Of a stretch of 64,000 nucleotides of DNA, positions 47,858 to 58,794 are shown in pieces. How positions within the stretch are numbered: the first letter of the stretch is position 1; every line of letters begins with the position of its first letter. Both the position numbers and the translations under genes were made by a program. Source of the DNA: Chrysemys picta bellii (taxonomy: Eukaryota); NCBI RefSeq assembly GCF_011386835.1, contig NC_088793.1, positions 147,870,001 to 147,934,000 of the forward strand, in the 5' to 3' direction. The notes under the pieces are model-generated. The model made no database searches. It was not told the DNA's origin and saw nothing but the letters and a program-made list of their open reading frames with translations.

Positions 47858-49243
47858 TGGGGCGGCAGCATGGACACTGAGGCCATGCTTGGCTCAGCTT
47901 CTCATCCCCTGGCCAGCGCATAGAGGCTACAGTGCTGGGGGGGACGTCTCTTGTGCACTGCTATGAACTCTCACTGCCTTAGCAGACCTTATGTCCTGTG
48001 ACCTGGGGGGTGACCTCCACCTGCCCTGAGGATGGCTTGGGGCTCCTATGGCTGGGTCACTTTGCCCTACCCCTGGCTTGTGTGATGGCTCCAGGACTTG
48101 TGTGCCATCATGTGCCCCCGTACTATGTGTGACCGCTGGATCCCATGCACACACAGATCTCCCCCTGCCCAGTGTTGTGTGACTTTCTCCCCACACACAG
48201 ATGTCAGGATCCTGTCTCGAATTCATATCACACCCGCCAAGTGTGGGGTCTTTGGCTCAGAAGAGAAGAGAGTGCCTGAGGTCACTGCTCCCTTGGGGGC
48301 TGCTTGTGACTTGCTCTCCCCATCCCGGCCTCCTCTCAAGGGGTCCCTGGAGAGTTCACCCTTGTCCAGTTTCTCTCCCCCTGCCCCCAGCAAGGGAAAT
48401 GAACTAACCCCCATGCCTGGCTGAGGGAAGGGGAGCCCTGCAGACTGCACCCCTGCCCCCTCCCCCCTATATACGTGTGTGCTGCCCATCCCTATAGCTG
48501 CTGATCCTCTCAGACATTTGTGGCTTTATTCCTTCCCACTCCCTCCCGCGAGCTAGGGAATGTCATGACCCCAGACTCCAGATGGGGAACTGGGGCAGGG
48601 CTGGAGATAGAGCCCAGGTGGCTGGAGTGCCTGTCAGATGCCTCAATTACTGCACCTCCTTCCTCTTCTCCTGCCCTGGCCTTTCCCCTGCTCCTGACCT
48701 CCCTCCAGGTGCCATTCACCCCAGCTGCTTGCACTGCCCCAGACTTTGATCTGCCCCCTGCGGCAGTCCCTGCCTTCCCCAGCAGGAGGTGGTACAGGAG
48801 TGGAGCAGGCACGCTAGCAGTGGGGGGCGCCCAGAGAGTGAGAAGACCAATGCAGGACAGCACTGCCACGAGCCACCCCATGTTCCGCGAGGCCTTGCCT
48901 GGCTGAGTGCCCCTTGGTGCGGGCGGGGGCCCGGCCCGTTTGTCTCTGTAAATGTATCTGTACAGTTGCCATTTTCTATACAAAGAGTGAACATGCCTCC
49001 TCGTGTGTCTGCCACTGACTCCCACGCCGCCACTGGGGGAGGGGAGCGCGAGCACCACGCAGGCCTCAGCCACAGGCGTCGGCCCCAGCAGAGCCGGGCC
49101 CCCAGGGCTGAGCGTGGCCGGGGGCTGGTGTGGAGACATCTTGGTGTCTCCTTCCTCAACCCCTACTCAGCTCACTCCCACTTTGGGTTCCCATCTGGGG
49201 GTGGGGCCTCCATGGGCAGTGAGGGGGTAGGGGGTCCCAACCA

Positions 49244-49478
49244 CAGGGCCGGCTCCAGGCACCAGCTTCTCAAGCAGGTGCTTGGTGTGGCCGCTCCGGA
49301 GAGGGGCGGCACGTCCAGGTATTCGGCGGCAATTCGGCGGATGGTCCCTCACTCCGCCTGGGAGTGAAGGACCTCCTGCTGAATTGCCGCCGCAGATCGC
49401 GATCACGATTGCGGCTTTTGTTTTTTTGTTTTTTTGTTTTGGCTGCTTGGGGCAGCCAAAACCCTGGAGCCGGCCCTG
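49244..49478. mobile_element. hAT MITE, 235 bp, same family as 211-433
   Basis: TIRs CAGGGCCGGCTCCAGG/CCTGGAGCCGGCCCTG. Perfect 8-bp TSD CCCAACCA (49236-43, 49479-86). Confidence 0.93.
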
Positions 49479-49720
49479 CCCAACCATATCCCCAGCATGT
49501 GAACACATGGCCAGTACTTTGAGTGCTGAGAGCAGGCTAGGGGGGCGGCGGTCTGGGCCGGTACTGGCAGGGTGGGGGTGCTGGGGTCTGATGCCCTGAG
49601 AGGTGCTGGAGAGTTGCTAAGCTAATCCATTCTGCAAAACTTGCCCTGGCAGGTGCATTGGCTGAGCTGTTTCGCCACCTAGTGACCACAATAGTGAACT
49701 GCAGCGTTCTGTCCTGTCTC

Positions 49721-49925
49721 AAAAAGAAGAACAGGAGGACTTGTGGCACCTTAGAGACTAACAAATTTATTAGAGCATAAGCTTTCGTGGGCTACTGCAT
49801 CCGAAGAAGTGGGCAGTAGCCCACGAAAGCTTATGCTCTAATAAATTTGTTAGTCTCTAAGGTGCCACAAGTACTCCTGTTCTTCTTTTTGCGGATACAG
49901 ACTAACACGGCTGTTACTCTGAAAC
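49721..49925 (+). mobile_element. Penelope-like-derived fold-back element with a 12-bp target duplication
   Basis: 78-nt inverted arms 49721-49798 and 49813-49890 (1 mismatch), 14-nt spacer, 35-nt tail. Flanked by CTGTCCTGTCTC at 49709-20 and 49926-37. Confidence 0.85.
49797..49836 (+). ncRNA. Minimal type I hammerhead ribozyme-like motif
   Basis: GCAT-CCGAAGA-A-GTGGGC(AGTA)GCCCAC-GAA-AGCT-T-ATGC: helix I GCAT/ATGC, helix II 6 bp, palindromic helix III AGCT. U4->C deviation. Activity is untested. Confidence 0.55.
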
Positions 49926-50197
49926 CTGTCCTGTCTCAGCATCCCTGCACCTTTGCCTCTCCTGGAAGCAGTTTCCCCAGAAACATTCTCCCAGCTCCTA
50001 GGGACAGCGATGGTTCCTCTGAACACCAGGACTACCTGCCCCTGGCACACACATACACATGCCAGCTTCACACTAGCATAGCCCACTGATGCCCCCCATC
50101 TACACCGCCTGTAACCCATGTCCAGGATAGCAACTATCCCTGGCACCAGACCTAGTTGTGCAGAACCCCCAGCATTTGCTCTTTGATTCTCCCCTGA

Positions 50198-50450
50198 GGT
50201 ACGTGTACAGCCAATGAAGGTGGGATTGCAGCTCGCGGAGGGATACTCACGTGAGCTAGCACAACCAAACCTAGCAGTGAAGTCACAGCCGCACAGGTGC
50301 AGGCTCTGGATGGGACTATATCCCAGGTGCAGGCTGTGCTGAAACCCAGGCTGCTGCAGCTACCTGCTCTTCTTAGCCACGCTAAATTCAAACTGGCTGG
50401 GGCACATGCCGAGCTGCAGTCACACCTCCTATTGCAGTGTAGACGTAGCC
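50198..50450. mobile_element. Harbinger-like MITE
   Basis: TGA|GGTACGTGTACAG ... AGTGTAGACGTAGCC termini. Confidence 0.65.
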
Positions 50451-51174
50451 TTGGGAATTTGTGTTACCTCAAGTTAATTGAGTGCCATCGTCCCAGCCTA
50501 GGGTGAACCACAATTGTTTGTGTCTTGGACAAAACATTCCTGGAATGTCTAGCTTAGTACACACAGTTGTGTTCGGTGCTGTGCATTCATTAGCAATGAC
50601 CTCCAGTTAAAGCAGGATCACAACCACTAATGTAGCCGCAGGCCAGGTCTGCACTCAGAAGTAATGTTGACCCAGCTATCTTGCTCGGGTGTGAAAAATC
50701 GAGTGTAGATAAGCCCATACCCTGTACTGCAGGCGTCTGGGTCTGTCCCCAAAACACACATCACAGCCATGGAGGGGGTGAATGGCCCATGGGATGGTTA
50801 TGCCACTGATCTTTCCTCCCTTCAGATGAGTAAGCCCTGGTGACACCGCCTCTGCCCCAGCAGCCTGCTAGCGAAGGCCCAATAGTTCATCTCATCAGCC
50901 CTGAAGACCACCCCCACTCACACCCCACCATACATCAGCCCTGTGCTGGAGGGACCGCAGGCTTTGTGGCACACTCCTTGGCCTTACTGTTGGGAGCGGG
51001 GGGGGGGGGGGGGGAGGCGGGCTGAGGAGAGGCTCATTACAATAGGGGTTTGTGAAGGCTGCTTTTGTCTGCCTAGTGCTGTACACACCCTGAACACATG
51101 ATTCACAGGGGTCACCAACCAGCTGAACAATAGGAGTGACATACACTCAACACTGACCTGAGCTGCTATTCTTC

Positions 51175-52560
51175 CCACACAGCGCTGCCCGTGCCCCTCA
51201 CCTGCAGCCCCCCTGCTATCCCTCTGGGCTCCCCTCACACAGCTCTGCCCGTGCCCCTCACCCCTGACCTGCAGCCAGGGCCGGCTCTGGCTTTTTTGCC
51301 GCCCCAGGCAAAAAAGCCTCCCGCTGCCCCCCGCCCCCAGCGCGGCAGAGGAGGGCACCGAGCCCGGCCGCAGGCTGCTCTCCCCAACCGGCCAGAGTGC
51401 CGGGGGGAGGGCGGCGAGCCTGCTGCGGCTCCGCTGGCGGCCGGAGCCCCGGGAGGAGGGCGGAGAGCCCAGCCGCGGCTCCGCTCTCCCCGGCGGCCAG
51501 AGTGCCGGAGGGGGGGCGGAGAGCCCGCCGCGGCTCCGCTCTCCCCGGCGGCCAGAGCGCCGGGGGGAGGGCGGAGTGGCGGCCAGAGCGCCGGGTGGAG
51601 GGCGGAGAGCCCGCCGCGGCTCCACTCTCCCCGGCGGCCAGAGTGCCGGAGGGAGGGCGGCGAGCCTGCCGCAGCTCCGCTCTCCCCGGTGGCCAGAGAG
51701 ATGGGGGGAGGGCGGAGTGGTGGCCAGAGCGCCGGGGGGTGCCGGAGAGCCCAGCCGGGGCTCCGCTCTCCCCGGCGGCCGGAGTCGGAGCACCGCGCCG
51801 CCCCCCTCCAGGTGCCGCCCCAAGCACAAGCTTGGTGGGCTGGTGCCTGGAGCCGGCCCTGCCTGCAGCCCCCCTGCTATCCCTCTGGGCTCCCCTCACA
51901 CAACTCTGCCAGTGCCCCTCACCCCTGACCTGCAGCCCCCCTGCTATCCCAGCCCTGGGCTCCCTTCACACAGCTCTGCCAGTGCCCCTCACCCCTGACC
52001 TGCAGCCCCCTGCTATCCCAGCCCTGGGCTCCCCTCACATAGCTCTGCCAGTGCCCCTCACCCCTGACCTGCAGCCCCCCGGCTATCCCAGCCCTGGGCT
52101 CCCCTCACACAGCTCTGCCCGTGCCCCTCACCCCTGACCTGCAGCCCCCTGCTATCCCAGCCCTGGGCTCCCCTCACATAGCTCTGCCAGTGCCCCTCAC
52201 CCCTGACCTGCAGCCCCCCTGCTATCCCAGCCCTGGGCTCCCCTCACATAGCTCTGCCAGTGCCCCTCACCCCTGACCTGCAGCCCCCCTGCTATCCCAG
52301 CCCTGGGCTCCCCTCACACAGCTCTGCCAGTGCCCCTGACCCCTGACCTGCAGCCCCCCCTGCTATCCCAGCCCTGGGCTCCCCACACAGCTCTGCCAGT
52401 GCCCCTCACCCCTGACCTGCAGCCCCCCTGCTATCCCAGCCCTGGGCTCCCCACACAGCTCTGCCAGTGCCCTTCACCCCTGACCTGCAGCCCCACTGCT
52501 ATCCCAGCCCTGGGCTCCCAACATACAGCTTTGCCCATGCCCCTCACCTCTGACCTATAG
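51175..52560 (+). repeat. Minisatellite, ~68-70 bp unit, ~11-12 copies, interrupted by a hAT element
   Basis: Unit GCAGCCCCCCTGCTATCCCAGCCCTGGGCTCCCCTCACACAGCTCTGCCAGTGCCCCTCACCCCTGACCT. Unit starts at 51204, 51271/51865, 51932, 52002, 52071, 52141, 52210, 52280, 52350, 52419, 52487. Confidence 0.95.
51276..51861. mobile_element. hAT non-autonomous element (586 bp) with GC-rich internal tandem repeats, nested in the minisatellite
   Basis: TIRs CAGGGCCGGCTC ... GAGCCGGCCCTG. Perfect 8-bp TSD CCTGCAGC (51268-75, 51862-69). Internal repeats of GCTCCGCTCTCCCCGGCGGCCAGAGTGCCGG. Confidence 0.92.
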
Positions 52561-54559
52561 TCCATCCCCCCTCCCCACACACTATTCCAGTGCTGGGTCC
52601 CTGGAGGTCTGCATATCCCAGTTTGCATCTGGCTCAGCACAGAGCTCATGCCCATGGCCTCCGGAAAGTCAGGCAGAATCGTGAGCTCATCGGCCAGGTT
52701 TGTAACAACAGTCACGTTATCCAGTCATTCTACCCATGGCCCTGAGCCCTAGAAGAGCTGCTGTCTCCCTAAAGCCAGAAAACAAGGGCCCTGTGTGTGA
52801 GAGGAGCCAGGGTGGGGACACACACACCAGACATCCAACCCCAGGTCCCAGCCATTCCCCTGTGTTTCCCTTCCTGCCCTGGCATCTCATTCCTACCTCT
52901 CCCCACCCACCTGTCCCAGGGTTACGGACACTGTAACCATGCATTCAGTCTGGAGATGGGACAGCTGAGCTGGCAGAGGAACCTCCCACAGGACAGGATG
53001 TATCCAGGGTGGAGATGGCATGGCAGGGTTGTGCTGGCATCTCAGCTGGGTTCAGATCAGTTCCACTCTCTGTGAGGAGGCCGCCAGAGGACACATACTC
53101 CTGTCCTAGGTCCCCAGGAGTGTCCATCCCAGACTAACAAGGTCACTTCCAGCCTAGGGCTCCCCCTGGACATGCTCGGGGGGGGGGAGGAACTGGGGAA
53201 ACCCCCAACAGTGGGGGACTCTGGCCTCCTCATAGGCATTTGCTGTCTGATTCCAAAGGGTTTGGCCCAAATGAAGCTGATTGGTGCTCCAGTACCCCCT
53301 TACCTGTTGCCTGTTCGGGAAGCAGGGTCTCTCCAGAGTAGCACCTGCCCAGCTGCAGACTGGAAACTTGCAAGAAAAGCAGGAGAAGCCCATTGGGAGA
53401 GACCGGAAGTGTGGTGCACGGGGTCTCCTCAGCTGACCCCTGTTCTCAGCTCTCCTTTGGGTTTCTGGAAAAGCCATCATCACCCCAATGGTGACATTTG
53501 CCTCAATCCAGAGGTGAGGCTCTCCGGTTTGTCACATGTCTGCTGGGTGCTCTCATCCCTAACGGGAAGCACTTCCTTCCCTTCCTATAAGTCTTGGTCC
53601 CCACTTTCCCTGAGCTGCCCCCGATGGGATGGCGTTGGAATTGCTCCCAAGGGTCAGAGGCCCAATACTTCTGGCAACAGAGATTCTCCTTGTGGTTGGA
53701 CCTTACGGAGCAGAAGGCTCTAAGTCCTGTCCCCACTTCCCAGCACGGGGTTTGAGGGGTGCCACAGAGCAACCCCTGCTCAGTCAGGTTTGTTACAGTG
53801 GAGGCTGCATTGTGACTGAAGTGGCTCCCCCCTGATGTGGCCCAGCCAGTGTGGATGGGGATGGGACCCAAACTGGGTCACAGCATCAATCCCTGCCATG
53901 ATGGATTGATCATGGTTACACCCGCCCCATCTGCAGTGGCCAGACCCCACCAGGGAGGAATGTGCTCCAGTCACAGTGGAGACGCCTTTACTCAATTCAC
54001 ACTGTTCAGAGGGGCTGAGAAGCCCAGAGATCCCCAGGGCAACTACATGGGTCCCAGGTTCGCAGTCCCTCCCTGTTGCAGGGCCATCGGTTGTGTTTCT
54101 GCCGGGTCCCTGCTGGCAACACAGCAATGCAAATACTTGTCATACTGGAGATTGGGCACTAGGTGGTGCCATGGGGAGGGGTCCAGAGCTGCAAGCAATT
54201 CCATTCAATGAGACTTAATTGACATGACAAACTATTCAGGTGTTGCCAAAGGGTAGGTAGATCCTGTGTCTGAGGGAGATCCCTGCACTACCAGCCTCGG
54301 GGGTGGGGAGGAAGTTATGACTCAGAGACAACCCCTTCCACCCCATTTTGAGGCCCAAACTGGTTCACCAAGGAGGACAGCAGTTACTGGCTCAGGTAGC
54401 TGACAGACATCACCCTCCTCTTCTTCCCCTCCTTTCTCTTGTTTGTTTTGGAAACAGGAGCTTAACGTTAATGAGTGTTTGCAAACAAACCAAAAGCGGG
54501 AGCGAGGGAGGGAAAGAGACAGGCAAGTGTGGAAACAAGCCGAGGTCTGGACAAATGGA

Positions 54560-54935
54560 GTGATGTCTAGTGGTTAGAGCAGGGGTGGCTGGGAGTCAGG
54601 ACTCCTGGGTTCTATTCCAATAGTTTGTCCTTATCTAGCATTTTCTGTTGGAGGGGCTTGTTTTTTTTCACCGATAAACCAAGGTCATTAAATCAGGGCA
54701 GCTCCCTAGCAGGGACACGCTTAAACCAATTTAAGGCCACTCCAGGGTGTTGCATCAAGATGGAGATAATTAAATCAGTGCAAAAACCATGCAGCCCAGG
54801 CCTTTCAGTGCTTTACAAGCAGGAGCATTTTACAGAGGGGGACTCTGAGTTCCGGGGGTGGGGAGGTGCCCCCAGGTCACACAGTGAATGGGTGACAGAG
54901 CCAGGAGTCCTGTCCCTTGGCTCTAATCACTAGAC
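54560..54935. mobile_element. Two MIR-like SINE heads in opposite orientation (~54560-54620 +, ~54880-54935 -) flanking a degenerate MITE
   Basis: TCTAGTGGTTAGAGC...GGGAGTCAGGACTCCTGGGTTCTATTCC, and the reverse GAGCCAGGAGTCCTG...CTCTAATCACTAGACC. Confidence 0.55.
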
Positions 54936-55249
54936 CATACTGTCCTCCCTTCTGAGACCTCGGCCTGCCTGGCTTCCTGCAGCAGGGAGCTGATCTCATT
55001 ATGAGTCTGTAACGTGCCAGTATAGCTAGGACGTGGGGTAAATCTGGGGGGCATTTCCCCCACCCCTTCTGAGCCCCCCCCCTCCCCTGTGCAGCGTCCC
55101 AGCACCTGGGGGGGCATCCTCTCCCCCGAGCTGGCAGGAGGTTGGGGGGCTCAATAGGTGCCAAGAGAGTAGCCACAGCTCCCTCCCCCGTGGTCATCAG
55201 GCTGCAGAGCAGCTTTGGAGGCTTGGGGGTAACTGGGAAGAGGAGTGGG

Positions 55250-55900
55250 CAGCAAGGGGGGCCCCTCCCCAGCTAGGCTCCCCCTGCGCCAGGGCTCCCC
55301 CTTGCGGTGCTGCAGTGGCAGGCACTGGGCTGCTGCGGGTTCCCCGGGGAGATGGGGTGCAGGGGGAGGGGGAGGCCTAGCATGGAAACTACTGGAAGAA
55401 AGTTGCAGCACAGCCCGGCCAAGCCACCGGTCTCCCTCCGCCGCCTCTCACAGCAGCTCAGGAAATAGTCCCGCCCTCTCCTCCACTCAGACACGCGGAG
55501 CAGCTGCTCCTCCCCCCGGGTGACACACAGCGCCGTGACTGTGCAAATCCCAGCCCGCAGCGGGAAGGGCGCCCAGCGAGCCGGGGGGGGGGGGGGGAGC
55601 GCGGAGAGCCGGGACGCCTGGGTTCTGTTCCTGGCAAGCGGGGTCCCCGCTCCGTGCCTCGGTTTCCCCACCCCCGCCTGCAGCTACCGCCCCCGGGTTC
55701 CATGTGCGCCGCTGGGCGGTGGCTGAGGAGCCCCCGGGGGCTCGCCCGGAGAAAGGGTCCCGGGCACCGTCAGCTCGGGGGGATCAGATTTCCCGGATCA
55801 AGGATCTCTGGTCCCCCCGGGTGCCAGCTCTAGGCCCCCCCCGCACGGGCGCGCGCCTCTGGGGAGCAGCCCCAGCGGGAGGCCCGAGGCTGCAAAGATC
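55250..55900. promoter_or_regulatory. Intergenic (orphan) CpG island
   Basis: CpG-dense GC-rich unique sequence with GC-boxes (CCCGCCC), no recognisable TE termini and no recognisable coding exon. Confidence 0.6.
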
Positions 55901-56500
55901 CAGGTAGTGGCCTTCATCGCCTGCGTCTGCACATTTCCTCTTGAATTAAGTGAGAAACACGTGTGGGCCCCACACTGCGGGCTACAGTAGGGGATGAGAT
56001 CGGAGTCCCAGGGAGCATCTGTCCCCAACAGGAAATATCCCGCCCAGGATTCAGCAGGAAGGCAAGGAGGAGGGATTGTCCCTCACCCAGGGGCAGCAGA
56101 GATGGCGCTGTGCTGCAAAGCAACTTGCCACCTGAATGGGACAGGAGTGACAAATGGATGCGGGGGTCCAGCCCCGAGCACCCAGCCCCAACTGTGTATT
56201 TGAGGCCAAGCATATTGCACAGCCCCATGCTGGTGGGTGTATTTATCCCTGACCAACACTACAGGGTTCTGTGCTTCGTTTACCCTTCAGCAGCCCCTAA
56301 ATACTTTATCATGCTAATGAACGGCCTAACTCTGCATCCTCCTCCTCATTTACACGGGGGCAGTCTCAGAGTGGTGTAAAATGCTCCCATTCTAGCCTGG
56401 TGGTGGTTTTATACCTGCTTTTCCCTTGGCCCACATGATTTTGAATTTAACTGGTAGTCTTGTTTTAGGAGGAGCAGAACTGGAACATCATGGCAGCTGA

Positions 56501-56787
56501 GGCTACATCTACACTACGGGGGGGGGTGTCGATTTAAGATACGCAAATTCAGCTACGCGAATAGCGTAGCTGAATTCGATGTATCGCAGCCGACTTACCC
56601 CGCTGTAGGGACGGCGGCAAAATCGACCTCTGCGGCTTCCCGTCGACGGCGCTTACTCCCACCTCCGCTGGTGGAGTAAGAGCGTCAATTCGGGGATCGA
56701 TTGTCGCGTCCCAACGGGACGCAATAAATCGATCCCCGAGAGGTCAATTTCTACCCGCCGATTCAGACGGGTAGTGTAGACCCAGCC
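56501..56787. mobile_element. Young CpG-rich Harbinger-like MITE (287 bp)
   Basis: TGA|GGCTACATCTACAC ... GTGTAGACCCAGCC|TGA: 3-bp TSD and many intact CpGs. Confidence 0.85.
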
Positions 56788-56789
56788 TG

Positions 56790-56995
56790 AGAGTTAGGAG
56801 TGAGGGGTATCGGCAGAGTTGGGAGTGGGGAGCCCCAGGCTGGGATATCAGGGAGGCTGTTGGTCAAGGGTGAGGGGCCCTGGCAGAGCTGTGTGTGGGG
56901 TGGGGAGCCCAGGGCTGGGATAGCGGGAGGGGGTGTGCAGGTGAGGGGCATTGACAGAGTTTGGGGAGGGGGACAGGGCTGGAATAGCAGAGGCT
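56790..56995 (-). repeat. About three degenerate units of the 70-bp minisatellite family, reverse orientation
   Basis: GTGAGGGGCCCTGGCAGAGCTGTGTGTGGGGTGGGGAGCCCAGGGCTGGGATAGC. Confidence 0.75.
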
Positions 56996-57317
56996 ATTCT
57001 ACAAATTGTTGAATTAAGCAGAGAGCATCAGAAAATCATTGTTCACCAACGAGAAAAAGTTAATCCTGTTAAGTCCAAACACTGGTTCCAGAACCAAAAG
57101 TATATTTAAAATAAAATTAACACACAAAGCGAACTGCAGATGCTTGTGGGATTTCTGAGGCTTTAGTAAAATGGTGGGTGCTCCTGTTTTATAAACTAAC
57201 CCTCAACTGTTGGGCTTTCTGTAATCCGCTCCTACTGAGTGAAGCTAGGGGCTTGCCTTGGTTAGCAAACTTGTCCCAGGGCTCCACTGAAACTCAGTTT
57301 TTATACCAATTTAACTA

Positions 57318-58185
57318 GGGGTACGTCTACACTTTGAACTGGGGGTGTAATTTCTAGCTCGGGACCGTACGTGCTCTAGCTTTGATGAAGCTAGCATGCT
57401 AAAAACAGAACTGCTCTCTGGCATGGGCAGTGGGATGAGTTAGCCCCCTGAGTTAAGTACCAGGAATCCTGGACAGGATTGTACTTGGGGCAGCTACCTC
57501 GTCCCACCATCTGTTGCACTGGGGCTGTGCTTCCATTGTTAGAGCATTAGACTGGTCAAAGTTAGCACACAAACGTATATCTGAGCTGACACCTCCAGAA
57601 GAAAATCCAGTGTAGTTAAATTGCTATAACCCTCTAGATACCCTTGTGAAGATACTATTTATTCCAATATAAACGTCTCACTGGTATAAAGATCTTTCTG
57701 CTGATTTAGTTAAATTGGTGCAAAAATAGAGAGTAGACCAGCCCACAGTTCAACTAAAAATGATTTAGTCACTACAAAGCAAACCCCTAACGTAGATGCA
57801 TTTAAACCAGTTTTGTCTGACATGGTAAATTATCAGATTAGAGTGAACCAGGGCTCATCTATCCTTGAAACGCTAGAGCGGGGTTCTCCCATTGGTATGG
57901 GAAATCCATGTCTCCAAGAGGCGGTAGCTAGGGCGACGGAAGAATTCTAGCCCTGTCTACACTGGGGGTTAGGTCGGCTTAACTAAGTCGCTCAGGGAGA
58001 TGGATTTTTCACCCTCCTAAGCAATGTACATGGGTCAACCTCACGTTTTAGTGTAGACCAGGCCCCAGTTTGAGCATGAATTACAGTGGTTTAAAAGCTT
58101 CTACATGAGGGGTTTGCCCTGGTGTAGCTACATTGATGTAGTTAGTTACACCGGTGCAAAAAGCCCATGTGTAGACCGTCCCTAA
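57318..58185. mobile_element. Cluster of older Harbinger-like MITEs
   Basis: Several GTCTACAC / GTGTAGAC terminal motifs (e.g. ~57323, ~57956, ~58051, ~58170). Individual boundaries are uncertain. Confidence 0.55.
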
Positions 58186-58794
58186 GGCAGCGTCTAGGAC
58201 CTGGGGTGCTGAGAGCAATAGGCATTTCCCAGGGCTTCCCCCATTTGAAATCTGCCCCAGCCCCTGCTGGATAATTGAACTGTTTCTCACCAAGGGAGCA
58301 AGAAGGTAATACCTGCTTTCCACACACAACTGTGAGCTTGCAAACCTACCATAAGGCCCTTCAGTGAAGCAGCCAAGGGCATTTGCACCCCAAGAAGGCT
58401 TGTTATGCTGCTTCTACTGTTATAACCGTGTCCACACTAGCAGGGTTGCACTGATTTAACTCTGTTGGTTTCTATATCAATACAATTACCGCAATGCAAA
58501 AACAGCACAGAGACCTAAATACTACCCCTCAACACAAGCAGGGAGAGTGCCGGCTTCCACCCCAAAACATGATGGGGCAATTTGATCCGTGGAGTAACTC
58601 TGTGCCTTTCTCTGCCCCATGGAACTCATTATGTAGTGAAACTCATCCTGAGAGCTACAAAGGGCAGGGGAGGGAGAGAACATGGGACATTCTACTAGTG
58701 GGGTCCATCCAAACCCTTTGGGGACAGTTGCTCCAGGATTGCACAGGTGCCAGGTGGGAGACCATGGAGCAAGCGCAGTAGGCACCTCCAAAGC

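Noticed and set aside
50984-52137. Several 200-280 aa ORFs on both strands
   Set aside because: They are produced by stop-poor GC-rich hAT internal repeats and the minisatellite.
51175-52560. Regular repeat array considered as CRISPR-like
   Set aside because: Contiguous units without unique spacers, eukaryotic context, and no cas genes.
54560-54620. A-box/B-box-like sequence considered as a tRNA gene
   Set aside because: No cloverleaf; it matches tRNA-derived MIR-like SINE heads seen repeatedly in the window.
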